DNA from: Botryllus schlosseri
Lineage: Eukaryota
Reading direction: 5' to 3'
NCBI GenBank assembly: GCA_051294905.1
Contig: CM119372.1
Coordinates: 34,474,001-34,538,000 of the forward strand
Length of the DNA: 64,000 nt
Shown here one piece after another: positions 26,322 to 39,193 of the stretch; position 1 is the first letter of the stretch, and the number at the start of each line of letters is the position of its first letter. The position numbers and the translations under genes were made by a program. The notes below the pieces were generated by a model. That model was not told where the DNA came from. It saw nothing but the letters and a program-made list of their open reading frames with translations, and searched no databases.

Positions 26322-26819
26322 GTTATATCCAATGGCGATCAAATTTTGCAGACACGCTCCCTTGATGATGGAGAAAAATTTCTCATCCCGTTGATCGTCA
26401 TATGAAAAAATATTATAAAGAGCAACCAGAATGTTGGTAATCCAAACGCATAGTTTGATGGCATGGTAGGTTTTAACTGTTGAGAGGAATTTTCAAATAT
26501 GAAATTTTCACTTGACTGCTTTGTCAAAATTAATCATGTGGTAGTTCGAGGCATATAGATCTTTGAGGGATTTTGGTGTCTAATACCAACACCACGTGAG
26601 CTTAGCTCACACCCAAATAACAAAAACAATGGTAGGCCTACTGGTAGCGTGTCATTAATACTTGGCATTTCTTCACGGTACAAACATTTTTTGTCTACGG
26701 ATCGCAGGTGTTCGGAAAGTGAATAATTCAATGGTGTACTTCGGGGCTGCCATAAAATGCGCTTCCTAAGAGTAGGCGTCCTTCCAACTCTTCACATATG
26801 CTTGACAGACATGTTATAC

Positions 26820-27249
26820 TAGGCTTACCATATTTTGGAAATCTAACAAGAGGACACTTTTTCAGAAATTTGAGACTTGCAAAACCGGAGAAGAATTCTC
26901 AAAAACCTGTGAATTTTTCCCACTTTGTGAAGAAAAAAAAGGTCATCTTCTCCGCTCAGAGCTCAAAATACCGTTTTTCTTTCCGCATTGCTAGGTAGAT
27001 GACTAAAAAAAAGGTCATTTTTCGCCCAGAGCTAAAATCACCGTTTTTCACTCCGAAATACCCGCCGGAGCGTCACTTCTGTGCTAATTTACGGCATATC
27101 ACTCGAAATTTGCTCTAAATCTGACCTAAATTTTCAAAAAAAAGGACAAAATCTCAAAAAAGTGGACAAAAGGGCGTCCTCCGAGGACACTTTCAAAAAA
27201 GTCAAAAAAGATGACAAATCCTCTTAAAAGAGGACGTATGGTAACCCTA
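26820..27249. mobile_element. hAT-type MITE (taggcttaccata family)
   Basis: TIR as at 17108; exact TSD tgttatac. Confidence 0.85.
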
Positions 27250-28144
27250 TGTTATACCAACCTAACGCAACAGCTAAACGCATTCACCAGGATACTAACT
27301 GTTGGATACTAAAGTGTTATGAAACTTCCCGTATTACGCTTGTATTCAAGTACCGGGCACTATATGCACTGTTGGTTAGCGTCATTATATGTGGAACCTG
27401 GAATAATTGTTTAAGAAGACTTAGCGTGCACCATGATATGATCGGTCGATTGAAAAGCAAGGTGTGATACTTGTAAGAGTAGTGTTATAGCTGGTGGCCA
27501 TAACTTAAAATGCAATGAAACCGGTCTCAACCGAAAGCTATTGCTGCACTGGAACCTATCCTCCCAAATCGCCATCAAAGGAATCGGAATCGGAATTGTC
27601 CCGAACAATTGTGAATCCGCAAAACATTCATAAAAAAGTCGGCTTTCAGTGGAACTACCTGACAAATTTTACTCAATAATATTCAACAACTAGTTGGTCT
27701 ACACTACTTCACATAAGCACTAGGGATGTTGCATCACTAAGTCAGGAAACACAGCAATGGTCATGAATTGAAAATTATCGATGATACTAAAAAATAATTC
27801 GGTTTTTGAACTTAGCGCCACATAAACCGTAATTTGGCTTCAGAAAAACAGCAAAACAAAAATGCTGTTACGTAGTGTTACTTGTATGCAATAAGGAGAC
27901 ATAGTTAACCAGAGGATATTTGGCAGTCGATTTGAAGCAGGTCAATTGAAAATTCAAGGTCTGACTGTTGAAAAATCCTGTTCAAAACGACTTAAAGCAG
28001 GGGATTCCCATGTGCACCACAGCCACTTGGAAAAGGCAGCAGGCAACACAAATGAGCAATGGTATGGGGCTTTGGCAGTGTAGTTGCGTTATGGAACACT
28101 GTTTGTAAACTCCGTACTTGAATATGTAGTCTTGATCTCGTCTT

Positions 28145-30570
28145 AAACGCTTGAGACCAAAGTACATGCGCAGAAATCTGCACAAAATTGACCTGACCTC
28201 CTTCTACAATGACCTTGACTGCTTGGCAGATAAAACCGATGCTGTGATCCTCCATGATAACAACTTTAATGAAACATTTGATTACTTCATGAAAGAAATC
28301 TCTTGTATTGTAAACAAACATGCACCTTTAAAAACTCTATCAAAGCGTCAACAAAGATTATCAAATAAACCTTGGTTATCTCTTAGCATACTGGTATCCA
28401 TTAAGCACAGAAACAGACTCTACAGATCACTGAAAAATAAATGGTCAGAATCTAGACAATTGCAATTCAAAAAATATGCCAACTTACTCTCTCAAATCAA
28501 AACGAAAGCAAAGGAACTATATTTTAAGAAACACTTTTCTAAACATCAAAATAATCCACGTGAAACATGGTGATCCGTAAATCGTATTATCAACAGAAAA
28601 TCCGAATCCCAGGCACCTAACAAAATAAAAGATTTTGTTTCTGATCAAATGGTCTCTGATCAGTCCCGGATGACTGAGATCTTTAATAGTTTCTTTTCTA
28701 CCATCGGCACAAAACTCTCGGAATGTTGCTCAAATGATGATGGCGATCACCATCAGATTTTTGGAAAACGCCCAAGTTCATCATTCTATCTTCAACCAAC
28801 GTCACCAAATGAAGTCATAAGTGTTCTATCTACACTGAAAAACAATAAAGCTCAAGGTCACGACCAACTACCTGTCATTATTGTCAAACACATAGGAATT
28901 CACCTAGCAGATACCATCGCTAAATTATTCAATTTCTCATTTTCTTCAGGGATATTTCCTGATTACTTGAAGATTGCACGTGTGATACCTGTATTTAAAT
29001 GTGGAGACAAAACCAACGCAAGCAACTATCGACCCATTTCGATATTGTCACCGTTTGCCACTCTGCTTGAGAAAATATAATTTGAGAGACTTAACAGTTA
29101 TCTCAATAAAATGAATCTCTTAAACTCAAATCAATATGGTTTTAGAAATAACCACACAACCTCTCAAGCTATATTACAGGTTACCTCGAGGATATATGAG
29201 CTCATTGACTCTAAAAATGTTGCCACTGGCGTGTTTTTAGATCTGAAAAAGGCATTCGACTGTGTCAATCATTCCAAACTAGTTGACAAACTTGAATTCT
29301 ATGGTATAAGTGGACTTGCAAAAATGTATTTCGAATCTTACTTAAAAAATAGGAAACAATTTGTTCATATTGGAACAACGCGTTCACAATTACTACCCAT
29401 ACAGACTGGTGTACCTCAGGGATCCGTTCTCGGGCCCCTGCTGTTCATAATTTACATCAATGATATTGGTCATTTATTTGACAATGACATCACACTGTTT
29501 GCTGACGACACCAGCCTAGTTATACCCGGTAAAAATTTATCTGATGCATTTGACAACATTAACACTAAGCTATCGACAGTGTCAAAATGGATGGCATCTA
29601 ACCAACTTCAGCTCAATGCCTCCAAAACCAAAACTCTCGTATTTCATACACAAGTGAATCGCAGTAGAATTATAGTAAATAACGCACATCTTGATACACA
29701 TAAAACTGTTAAATATCTTGGCATTATCATTGATGATAAACTCGGATGGTCTGATCATATCAACAATATAAAAACTAAAATCTCGCGTGGTGTCGGGGCT
29801 CTCTATCGCCTCAAAAATTTAATTCCTCATCAAACTCTCAGATCAGTCTACTATGCCTTAATTCACTGCTATCTCATTTATGGGATCCTAGTTTGGGGAC
29901 CTGCTGCGAAAAAACATCTGCAGAAATTGCAAGTCTTGCAAAATCGAGCCATACGAATTCTCTGTCGGAAATCTAGATATGAGAATTGTAATAGCATGTA
30001 TCGTAGCGTTAGAATATTGAAAGTGGAAGACATTTTCAAATTTGAGGTAATGAAATTCATGCATAGCTATCATCAGGGTGAACTGCCACTATATTTTGAT
30101 AATCTGTTCAAGATACCTTCAGATACCCACCAACATCATACCAGATTTTCTTCTAACTTGTCTCTGTCTGTTTAACACCACTCTACCAGTCTAGTGCAAA
30201 ATTCAATCAGTTTTATTGGTGTCAATGTTTGGAATAAGCTGCCACCTAATCTCCGCAATTTAGACTCTTGTGCTTTTAAAAAACAATGTTTTCAATCTCT
30301 TATCTCTAACTACCGCTAAATTGTATTTGCGTTGTATTTCAAATTGGTCCATGATACTGTGTCTTATTTTCCCTTTCGTTCGTTAGTTTATTTTAATTTT
30401 TTTTTCATTAGTTATCTACTGTGAAAATTGCTCCTGTCCCGGGTGGCTCGGCTCTGAAGACTTTGTCATATCGAGCCTCCCGTCTACCTTGCATGTCGCA
30501 TTTCACTGTAACATTTTTGTAGTGTTATGTTGATATGTAATGTATACGAATAAAGATTCTCTCTCTCTCT
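28145..30570 (+). mobile_element. CR1/L2-group LINE including its 3' UTR
   Basis: 3' UTR stem gggtggctcg...cgagcctccc (~30441-30481), aataaa at ~30549 and a (CT)n tail; 5' boundary approximate. Confidence 0.85.
28151..30319 (+). pseudogene. 5'-truncated non-LTR retrotransposon ORF2 (reverse transcriptase; CR1/L2 group)
   Basis: One reading frame with in-frame stops at 28571, 29078 and 30173. Motifs NYRPISILS, VFLDLKKAFD, GVPQGSVLGPLLF, LFADDT, KYLGI. The endonuclease domain is missing. Confidence 0.9.
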
Positions 30571-31476
30571 TGTGCACTAAACTCATTAATATAAATATGA
30601 GGCACGTCGTTCGCGGAGGTGTAAGTCTGTTGTCAACAATCATTGCCACAAGCCCACAAGCATCTCTTTGAATGACGATGAATGCTATGCCTGATATAAC
30701 TTTACTAGTTTGTGCTTACCGTGACCTGGACACAACTGCTTAATCATATTAGCATTTCTCATGTTACTAAAATTCCTTCAAAACCGTGCATGCTTGCTAA
30801 CAGTTTTCCTCCTGCATCCGTACTCCGGCCGCGTGTGTGTTTGTTAAGAATGATGTAGCAGTCCGACTGATTTTATGACTCGTTTGTGCCATCATCGCAG
30901 CATCACTGTACTGGAGTTTTCGTTGCGAGATCAATATTTGTTCGGTAAACGTTTGCTCAGATGAGAACCATATACGTTGAAGATGTCGTTAGTATTCAAG
31001 TCCGTACATCATGACAATCATTGTGTGGTATATATTTGATGAGGGGATGAATGTTAAATAAACTGCATATAGTATATACGTTCCAATAAACGATGACAAC
31101 CAGCTTTTGCAGCAGCATTGAATCTACGAGTCTCAGGAGTATGTTGACCTACAAGTCATATTTTATCGTCGGACAACAGGGTATAGACCGACCGATGTCT
31201 TTTGCATGCCATTTTCTTCAGCATCTTTGCTTTTATCGAGAAGTTCTTATTATAAGTAAATCTTCGGCAGGATTGTAAAATTACTGAAATATTTCGTCGT
31301 AGATAATTGGAGACGTTGTTTCTGCGCGACAGTCTGAATTCTGCGCTTCCGAGTATAGGCGCAGAAGCCTGTCTAATGGGTTATGTACGGATGCTAGTCG
31401 TTGTAATTCATACTCGTATTCCATGACTGTAATAACATAATAGTACGCTCAAATCGGATTCGAATGAAAATAGTGT

Positions 31477-31590
31477 AGCAACAGCAACATACAACTTGAT
31501 GAAGATAGTAGGCACGTGGTACAGCAACAGCAACATACATCTTGATGAACATAGCAGGCACGTGGTATAGCAACAACAACAGCAACATGC
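31477..31590. repeat. 46-bp tandem repeat, about 2.4 copies
   Basis: Unit agcaacagcaacatacaacttgatgaagatagtaggcacgtggtac. Confidence 0.75.
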
Positions 31591-34500
31591 GACCGACGAA
31601 CGAAATAACGTAGGGCGAAAGTAAGGAACGTTAGTAAGTCAAGGGACGGACATAAGAAGACGAGTAAGATTTGCAATCAATTTTGCGTCAAAGTAAATAA
31701 CCAACAAATGGTGGTTCCCAGACGCTTTATGTAGCGGTAAGAACAGCCTATCTGAAAAGGCTTGATTACTAATGATGACTGAAATCAAGATTAATAAATG
31801 AAAGGCGTAATCCAAAACAGACGTGACCACTGACCAATGACCATGTCAGATGAGTTTCTTGCGTGAGTGAGTGGTTGATACTCTTCGGCTAAAAAACGAA
31901 AAACTATTCCATGCTGTGTTAGGGATATTGCGGCACTTATTGTGCACGTAGCAGTTAGCACTGACGAAATTCGATTACAGGTTCATTTCATTGTTGTAGG
32001 AGTTGCTGTTAATTGTGGCAGTAGAATTATCAGTAGACAGTTGATTACAATTATTGCAGTAATTATGCGATGCATGCAAGATATTCGCCAGAACAAGTGT
32101 AATGGTCAACTGCTGCGTACAATGTATATTTCATATTCTGATATCCTTCTTGACATCGATATTTCCTGTTCTTATTACCAATACTCGCGCAGTTCAAGGT
32201 GTTGACACACATTATTCAACTGATCTTCATTGTGAATTAGATTCTGTTATATTACAAGATGTAGCCTATTCATACTGACAGCTCGATTGCCTTGCCTCTC
32301 CTTTCTACGATGATCCCATATAACTGTTTCAACGCTACTCAGTAGATTATATCACACTGGTTTCAGCGGTTATGGCTGTAGCAATACGAACCAGGTCTCG
32401 CAATTGATGCAGATATGAATAAATTAATCTAGGTCCTGGGATTACTGTACGTCGTAGGCCTATGTTGGTGTCAGCAATAATCTCAGAATGTGAATTAATA
32501 TGTATGGTTTCTGCTGTAATAATTGAATGCTACACGGAATCCTCCGGATACGACCACGTCACCATATCTTATTAGGTTATTGTAAAAGTCGAGTCACATT
32601 ACTTGCCAATGTTTGGTGCCGCAATGCCACTATACAGCACAAGTACCCTATTCATGCGTATTTTTGCTGAAAAGAGCACCAATCAATTACGGAGCAGACT
32701 CATCTAACATAGCCTAATCTGAAATTACTTTCACCAAATACGTTTTTTTGCGTTTACTGCCCGAAATCATATATTTAAAATGACATCCAACTAATCATGT
32801 TCGCAGCAGACTAATCGTGAGCGAAAATGGATACTAACACATAGCTATACGCGATTGTATATTTTATATTTTTCACCACGCCTATAGTACAGATGAGTGG
32901 CATTTTTCACGAAATTCCAGCTCAGGTCGGTCGAATTACTGTTTATGGATAATTCAACTTTTCTATGGATGAATAAATAGAAGCCGATGAAGAAATTCTG
33001 ATACGGAATCCTGCGCGTCCAAATCGGAAAGTTCGAATGAGGCGGCGATCGACGCGGGGGCCCTTGGTTACATAAACGGCAAACTGTAAAATACAGGATT
33101 GTCGTATCACTACATTGTTTGATATCGCACATGACTCACGCTGCTCCGTTTGTTCAAAATAGTTGCAACACAGAGAGGAATATTCAGTGTTTGCTGTCTA
33201 GTTAGGTTCTTTTTTATTTTACTTCGCAAAAACTGTCTAATTAAATTAAGAAATCTGGCTAATTAGTTGTTTCATTAAAAGTGGGGGGATACGGTATTAA
33301 TTTTGTATTTATATAGGTGGGCTGTGGCTCTTTTTGGTAGCACGGTATTGCAGTCAAACTCGCCGGATCTGACTCGTTAACTCCACCAGATGTATAGTAT
33401 TTTCTTTTACAGCCATCCGGTTTTATAGGCTGTTAAATTAACAGTTCTTAAATCTTATACAAAAATTGAAAACTATTGGAACTTACTGCCGAGTCGCACA
33501 TAGTAAGTCGCTTATTGGTGATTCGATTACAACATTATGATATATCCCATACGTAGTGGTCTGTAACACCAAATGCTAATGTGATAGAGCAATGCTCTTC
33601 GACCATTTTCGTGTTGGTACACCCTTTTAACGTTTACTCATAACTCCACCCCTGACAACATAATACACCAATTCTGTATAGTAAGCCTTATCCAGGGGGT
33701 GTTCAACCTTTTTGCTATTCACGACGCATTTCGATGAAATGTATAGCATACGGCTGCATTTCAGCGTACAGTCGTTATGACCCATCTGAACGACAGATAA
33801 CCTACTGATGTTAACTTGGCTACCGGGAATTTCGCACCCCGGATAAACCTTGTGGTGTTCCGTGTCATCATTGTTTTTCTTAAATATACCTTGCGTATAA
33901 AAGTTTCTAACTGTATAAGCAGAACACCCCCACCGGATTACTAATCAGTGGCTCTCAACCTTTTTGTCTTCGTGGACTATGGTATAGCTCAAATATTATC
34001 GTCTTGTGAAAATATTAACTGCAAACTGGTGATTAACAGCAACCCAATGACTTTTCTTGAAAATACTTGATATGCAGCACTTGGAAAAACTTTTAATATG
34101 TCAAAGCGAATTCTTCAGCTGCATTTCTTGAAATACACGGTCTTGTGCTGAAAATTCACGCCGTCGATTTGATGTGAACGAGTGCCGAAAACCCATTTCC
34201 AGAAATAACGGTTCCGACGACATCTTTGGGTGTGATCGCAACATATATGACACCAAAATTGAGAAACAGATTTTTAATTGTTCAGCCTATTCATTTCTAT
34301 CCAGCAGCTTATCTTGAAGTTATTTTGGATTAACGGTTATGTATATCACAGGCGAAATGGATTTTTGCAAATAATATTTTTCCAAATCCCCAACAAAACA
34401 TCTCTAAACTGCAACATGTTTTTATCAGCAGGTTTTTGGTAATTTGACCATTAAATTGAGATGGCACAGTAAAAAGGGCGAAACTTCTAACACTAGGCGA

Positions 34501-35081
34501 AACTTCCGGGATGGCCCTATCTATATAAACGTGGCTTATTGGGTTATGGGCTCAGGCCAAAATATATAAGTAAGACTGACTTTTGACTCGGAACCTTGTG
34601 ACTTGGTTACAACCCTGTATGAGGACCGAGAGCTAATCGATCACTAAGGTGACCAAACAATGCATTTGATATAATACGTAGGCCTAGATAGAATTGAAAC
34701 TTCCAATGAATAAAGGAACTACTATGACCGGACAATTGAATTGATGCATTTATGACTTACAAAAGTAGAAATCAAAATTATGATAGCAAATATGACAGCA
34801 AAATTAAAAAAGAACAACTAAATGAAAACTATCTTACGGGTACAAAATGATATTGACTTGGTGTAGACTTACCAAGGTAGCTGAGACATCACGTTTCATG
34901 AATACCCAAAACAACAAGAACAACAAACAATAATGACTTCCCTTCTTTGACAACATAACTCAACTAAGAGGGGTTTATGCTCGTGAAGAATTATTGCCGG
35001 ATCACTCAACAAGGATTAACTTATGGATTATATTTCTATGTCAACAGCGAAAGAAAATTGATTCATTCCTAACAGCTAACA

Positions 35082-36588
35082 CAGCGGTTCTCAACCGGGG
35101 GTCCGCGAGACCTCTAAATTTTTAAAATAGTTGGTAACCAAATTTTTATTTTATTTTTTAATTAATAAGAATTAATTCATGCATGAGAAAACATGAGGCA
35201 GTTTCGCACCACAACTGCTAAAACCTCATGACTCATATCATCATAATAATCGTCTGACATCGTGGTGTAGAAATTCATTTTCATTGCCTATTTTCCAATA
35301 ACCTGCTGATAAAAACATTTTGCTGTTTAGAGACGTTTTGTTGGAGTTTGTGGAAAAAAATAAAAATGTGGAGATAGTAACGTTAATCAGGGTGACTTCG
35401 TAATGTCTGCGAAACCTTCTCGATTTGAAGTTGTCAATCTCATGAAACAGGGATATCTAAATATCTAAATATCCCTGTCATCAAATTAGTGGACAGTCGT
35501 TTGAAATGAAAATTTTCGAAGCATTTCCCTAATTTGTCCCAATGCAGGGATTGAAACCTCGCCAGGAAATCCATTTTATCCTGGTGATATCTATAACCAC
35601 AATTTGAACAGCTTCTTGGAGGTACAGAACTTTAATATACAACTGAATAGTATATTCATATTGGCATGAACCTACATATTTTCGTCTGACACTCGTCATA
35701 AATCGGACAATGATATAACTGCTCTTAAAGCTCGGCTATCAGATTTGGCGCATTCTTATTGCGGATGCCCTATCGATGAGGCTGGTTTTTTGATGAACAA
35801 GGAGTGTTTCGTTACTATCAAAGCATTACGCTCCAACCCTGAAATTCATATCACCTGTTATATTGGTATGTACTATGCAGCCTTGTCTTGTTAATGTTCA
35901 ATTGTTCATGGTCGAAAATGTTTGCTCGTAAATATATATGTAAACCCGAACCGAACAAGTCGTTTCATGACAGTCTTTCTCAGGTTGGAAAACTTGGATT
36001 CATTCTTTGGCGCATAAAATTTGTCTATGCTTTTGGATTAGGATTCCACTTTGACGGTAGACACTCTATGCGGGCCGATGAAAATGCCGTCGTGAGCCGA
36101 ATCGGGCCCGCGGTCCGTATGTTCCCGGTCCTGCGCTAGATGCTGGATGTGATATGTTCATAAAATATATGTTTCTTCATTTTGGTGCCATAAATGTTGC
36201 GATCACACCAGAAGTATCGTCGGAAGCGTTATGCGATAATATTGCATTAGCCTCCATCTATATTTGCGGAAATGATTTTCGGCACTCCTCGCTCATATCA
36301 AAACGAAGACGCGGATTTTCAAGACACGACCACGTACGTCAAGAGATACAGCAGCTAGATTAGCTCTGAAGTGATAAAAGTCTACCAATTTCTACATAAA
36401 TAGTACGATGTTATTTAAAACAAAATCATTATTATGCTGTTTATCGCAAGCCTACAGTTCATATTGGCACAATACGGATGAAGGTTGCACCATAATAGAG
36501 CTAAAATTGAACTAAAACTGGAGGGGGTCCGCGAGGGTTCTTGACGGTCAAAAGGGGTCCGCGAAGCGAAAAAGGTTGAGAACCACTG
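35082..36588. mobile_element. Non-autonomous hAT element
   Basis: TIR cagcggttctcaacc/ggttgagaaccactg; exact TSD agctaaca; contains a degenerate fragment of the hammerhead-bearing repeat at ~35613-35698. Confidence 0.85.
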
Positions 36589-36927
36589 AGCTAACACAAT
36601 AACACATTGAATGCTTGCGATGGTACCGGTCATCAAACAGCTTAGCCAGATCACCTCGTCAAAAGATAGAATAGAAGAAGCTTTTGAAACTGATAATAAA
36701 ATGAGGTCCGGGGTCAGAACCAGGCTTATAATACACAGCGTCAAATTTAAATATTGTTAGCGCAACTCTGTCTACGCAAAAAGTGCGAACGCTAGTTTCA
36801 ATAGGAACTAAACATTCCTCAAATCGCCTACTTCTGCTTACAATATACATTGCTGTCACAACTGTGAAAGTATATAATCAATAAAAACTCATTTCTGATG
36901 AAAATTTTAAACTTGACAGAAACGACA

Positions 36928-37660
36928 GGGTTATTCGCAAAATGATGACTAAAAATCACAGAAACGGAGGGGGACCCTCATAAAATCAAAGTAATCTCTT
37001 TTAACGGGTGCAAAAATTCAATGACTGACAACCGGTTGCGGTACCATATCCGACATGGGTACATGAATTTCCACGGTTATTCGCAAAATTATAACTGAAA
37101 TATGCATAAATGTAGAAGGGTGCCCCCATAAAATCGAAGTAAGCTCTTTAACAGGTGCAGAAATATAATGATCAACCACTGTTTTCGGTACCCTATTTTA
37201 CATGGGTGGGCCTACACATATTTTTACGGTTATCCGCAAAATGATAACTAAAAATCGAGTAAATGTAGGAGGGGGCCCCCTCGTAAAATCAAAGTATCCT
37301 TTTTTAACGGGTGCAGAAATTTAATGATCGACAACTGTTTACGTTACAATATTCGACACGGGTATATGAATTCTCACGGTTATTCGCAAAATGATAATTG
37401 AATTCGTGTAGAATGTAGGAGGCTCCCACATAAAATCGAAGTAAGCTCTTTTGACGGGTGAATAAATTTAATTATCGGCTACTGTTTACGGTACCATATT
37501 CTACATGGGTACATGCATTTTCATAGTTATTCGCAAAATGGTAACTTAAAATAAATGAGAATTTGTCATTGCCCCCCCCCCCCCCCCCAACTTTACATTA
37601 TCGTATCATATTCTCTATGGATACCCGGATTTCCGCGGTTATTCAGAAAATGGTAATAGT
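36928..37660. repeat. ~150-bp tandem array, about 4.5 units
   Basis: ggttattcgcaaaatg recurs at ~36928, 37076, 37227, 37378 and 37527, with a partial copy at 37637. Confidence 0.85.
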
Positions 37661-38395
37661 TGCAAAAATCGCGTAAATCTGATAATAGGTTTTTTAAAAG
37701 CGCGTAAATCGGGGAGGAGCCCCTTGAAAGTGTGTAAATCAACCAGGGGGCCCTAGGCTACCGCCTACCTCGCCTACCCCACAAGCCACCACTGGGCCTA
37801 AGGCGGGCAGCTTAGGAAAAATAAGTTGTATACCTGAAATTGCCAGCGATATTCAGCAACAGCCTAGTTATTGATATATCGGTACCCGGAAATTGGAATG
37901 CATAAGTGTCAATTCTATTCATGTTAAATTCGTAATAAATTTGGGTTGGTCTGTGCGGATGAATTTTTTTTTAAATAAAAGTGTGGAGAGTTCTCTGACT
38001 GGTTGGAAAGCACTGCGATATAGTGTGGCATTTTCCATCTTTTATTAAAAAATAGGTCCTTGTATACTGGTTCGGGGGGATGTCTTTTTGATCCTTTCTT
38101 CTTGACGTATACTCGGTATACTATCGTTGACAAAAAGAAGACTTTACATCTAAAATCCGTTTCGGTTCGTAGCTTAGAGTTCCCCCAGAGAAGCATCGCG
38201 TCACCAGCATGCACAACGCTTAGGGTACGCTGTAAGCTACTGCCTGGCTACCCTTTACTGTAAGGCCATAGCTTTGCGTACCTACTTCTCCTTTACAGCT
38301 TCCCAAATGTAAAATTCGCAGATCGCACAATGCTTTCTATGTACAAAAATTTCGCAGGCTTTAAAATACATTCAGATAGCTGGACTGGTTCCAAG

Positions 38396-38580
38396 CAATG
38401 TTCCCTCTAAGCTGCACACGTGCGCAACTGCGCATTGCTGTCACGGCGTCTGCGCACAAAAAATCTAAGCTGCGCACAAAAAATCTGAAGCGATGACTTT
38501 CTTTTTTTATTCGTTACGCACTGTTGTCCAGGGGACCGCGCAATGAGTCACAGACTCTTGAAAAATTAGAGGGAACATTG
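38396..38580. mobile_element. Short hAT MITE
   Basis: TIR caatgttccctctaa/ttagagggaacattg; TSD gttccaag/gtcccaag; second copy at 47070-47260. Confidence 0.8.
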
Positions 38581-39047
38581 GTCCCAAGGAAGTGCAAATG
38601 GAAGTAAACCGCCATGTTTCGACTTTGGTAGAGTGGGGTGGTTCTGTTATATCAACTGAAGACTCATAACAATATTGGCGTGCGTTTGTGGTGACTGTCA
38701 TTTGTAGAGACCAAACAACATATTTTTAAATCAGTCGGACAGGCCACGCTACATAACCGTGTTCAACAGTCGAAAAACGAGATTAACCGTGTCATGGACA
38801 TCGAGTCCTTATTGGCCAAACCACACATGCTATATAGTTAGATTAGAATCACATCTGGTGTCATATCTTTACTAATCAAAAAGATGTTATTCACACGTTA
38901 ACCTTCCTAGTCACACCATTAGATGTTCTCAAAAACATCATGTGGCTGAGGTGCTTTGATAAATCCCCTCAAAATCATTATAGTCTATTTCGTATTGCTT
39001 GGTGACCATCGCGATGTTGGAAATGTTTTCAATTCTTTTACAGTTTC

Positions 39048-39084
39048 ATGGACTTTCCGCAGGCATATAATAGAATGGAGTCAG
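39048..39084 (+). CDS. Putative host-gene exon (possible start, MDFPQAYNRMES)
   Basis: ttttacag acceptor ending at 39043, ATG at 39048, donor CAG|gtatgt; a 52-bp intron joins it in frame to the next exon. Confidence 0.4.
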
Positions 39085-39136
39085 GTATGTTAAAATGTTA
39101 TTTATTTATTATTATTCGCTCATATTTCATTTTTAG

Positions 39137-39193
39137 ATGCTACTCGAGAATGTGTTGCTTCAGAAAAGGTTACAAAGACATACGTGGACAAAG
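39137..39193 (+). CDS. Putative 57-bp phase-1 exon (DATRECVASEKVTKTYVDK)
   Basis: tttcatttttag acceptor, AAG|gtaata donor, open frame; paralogous to 61843-61914. Confidence 0.55.
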
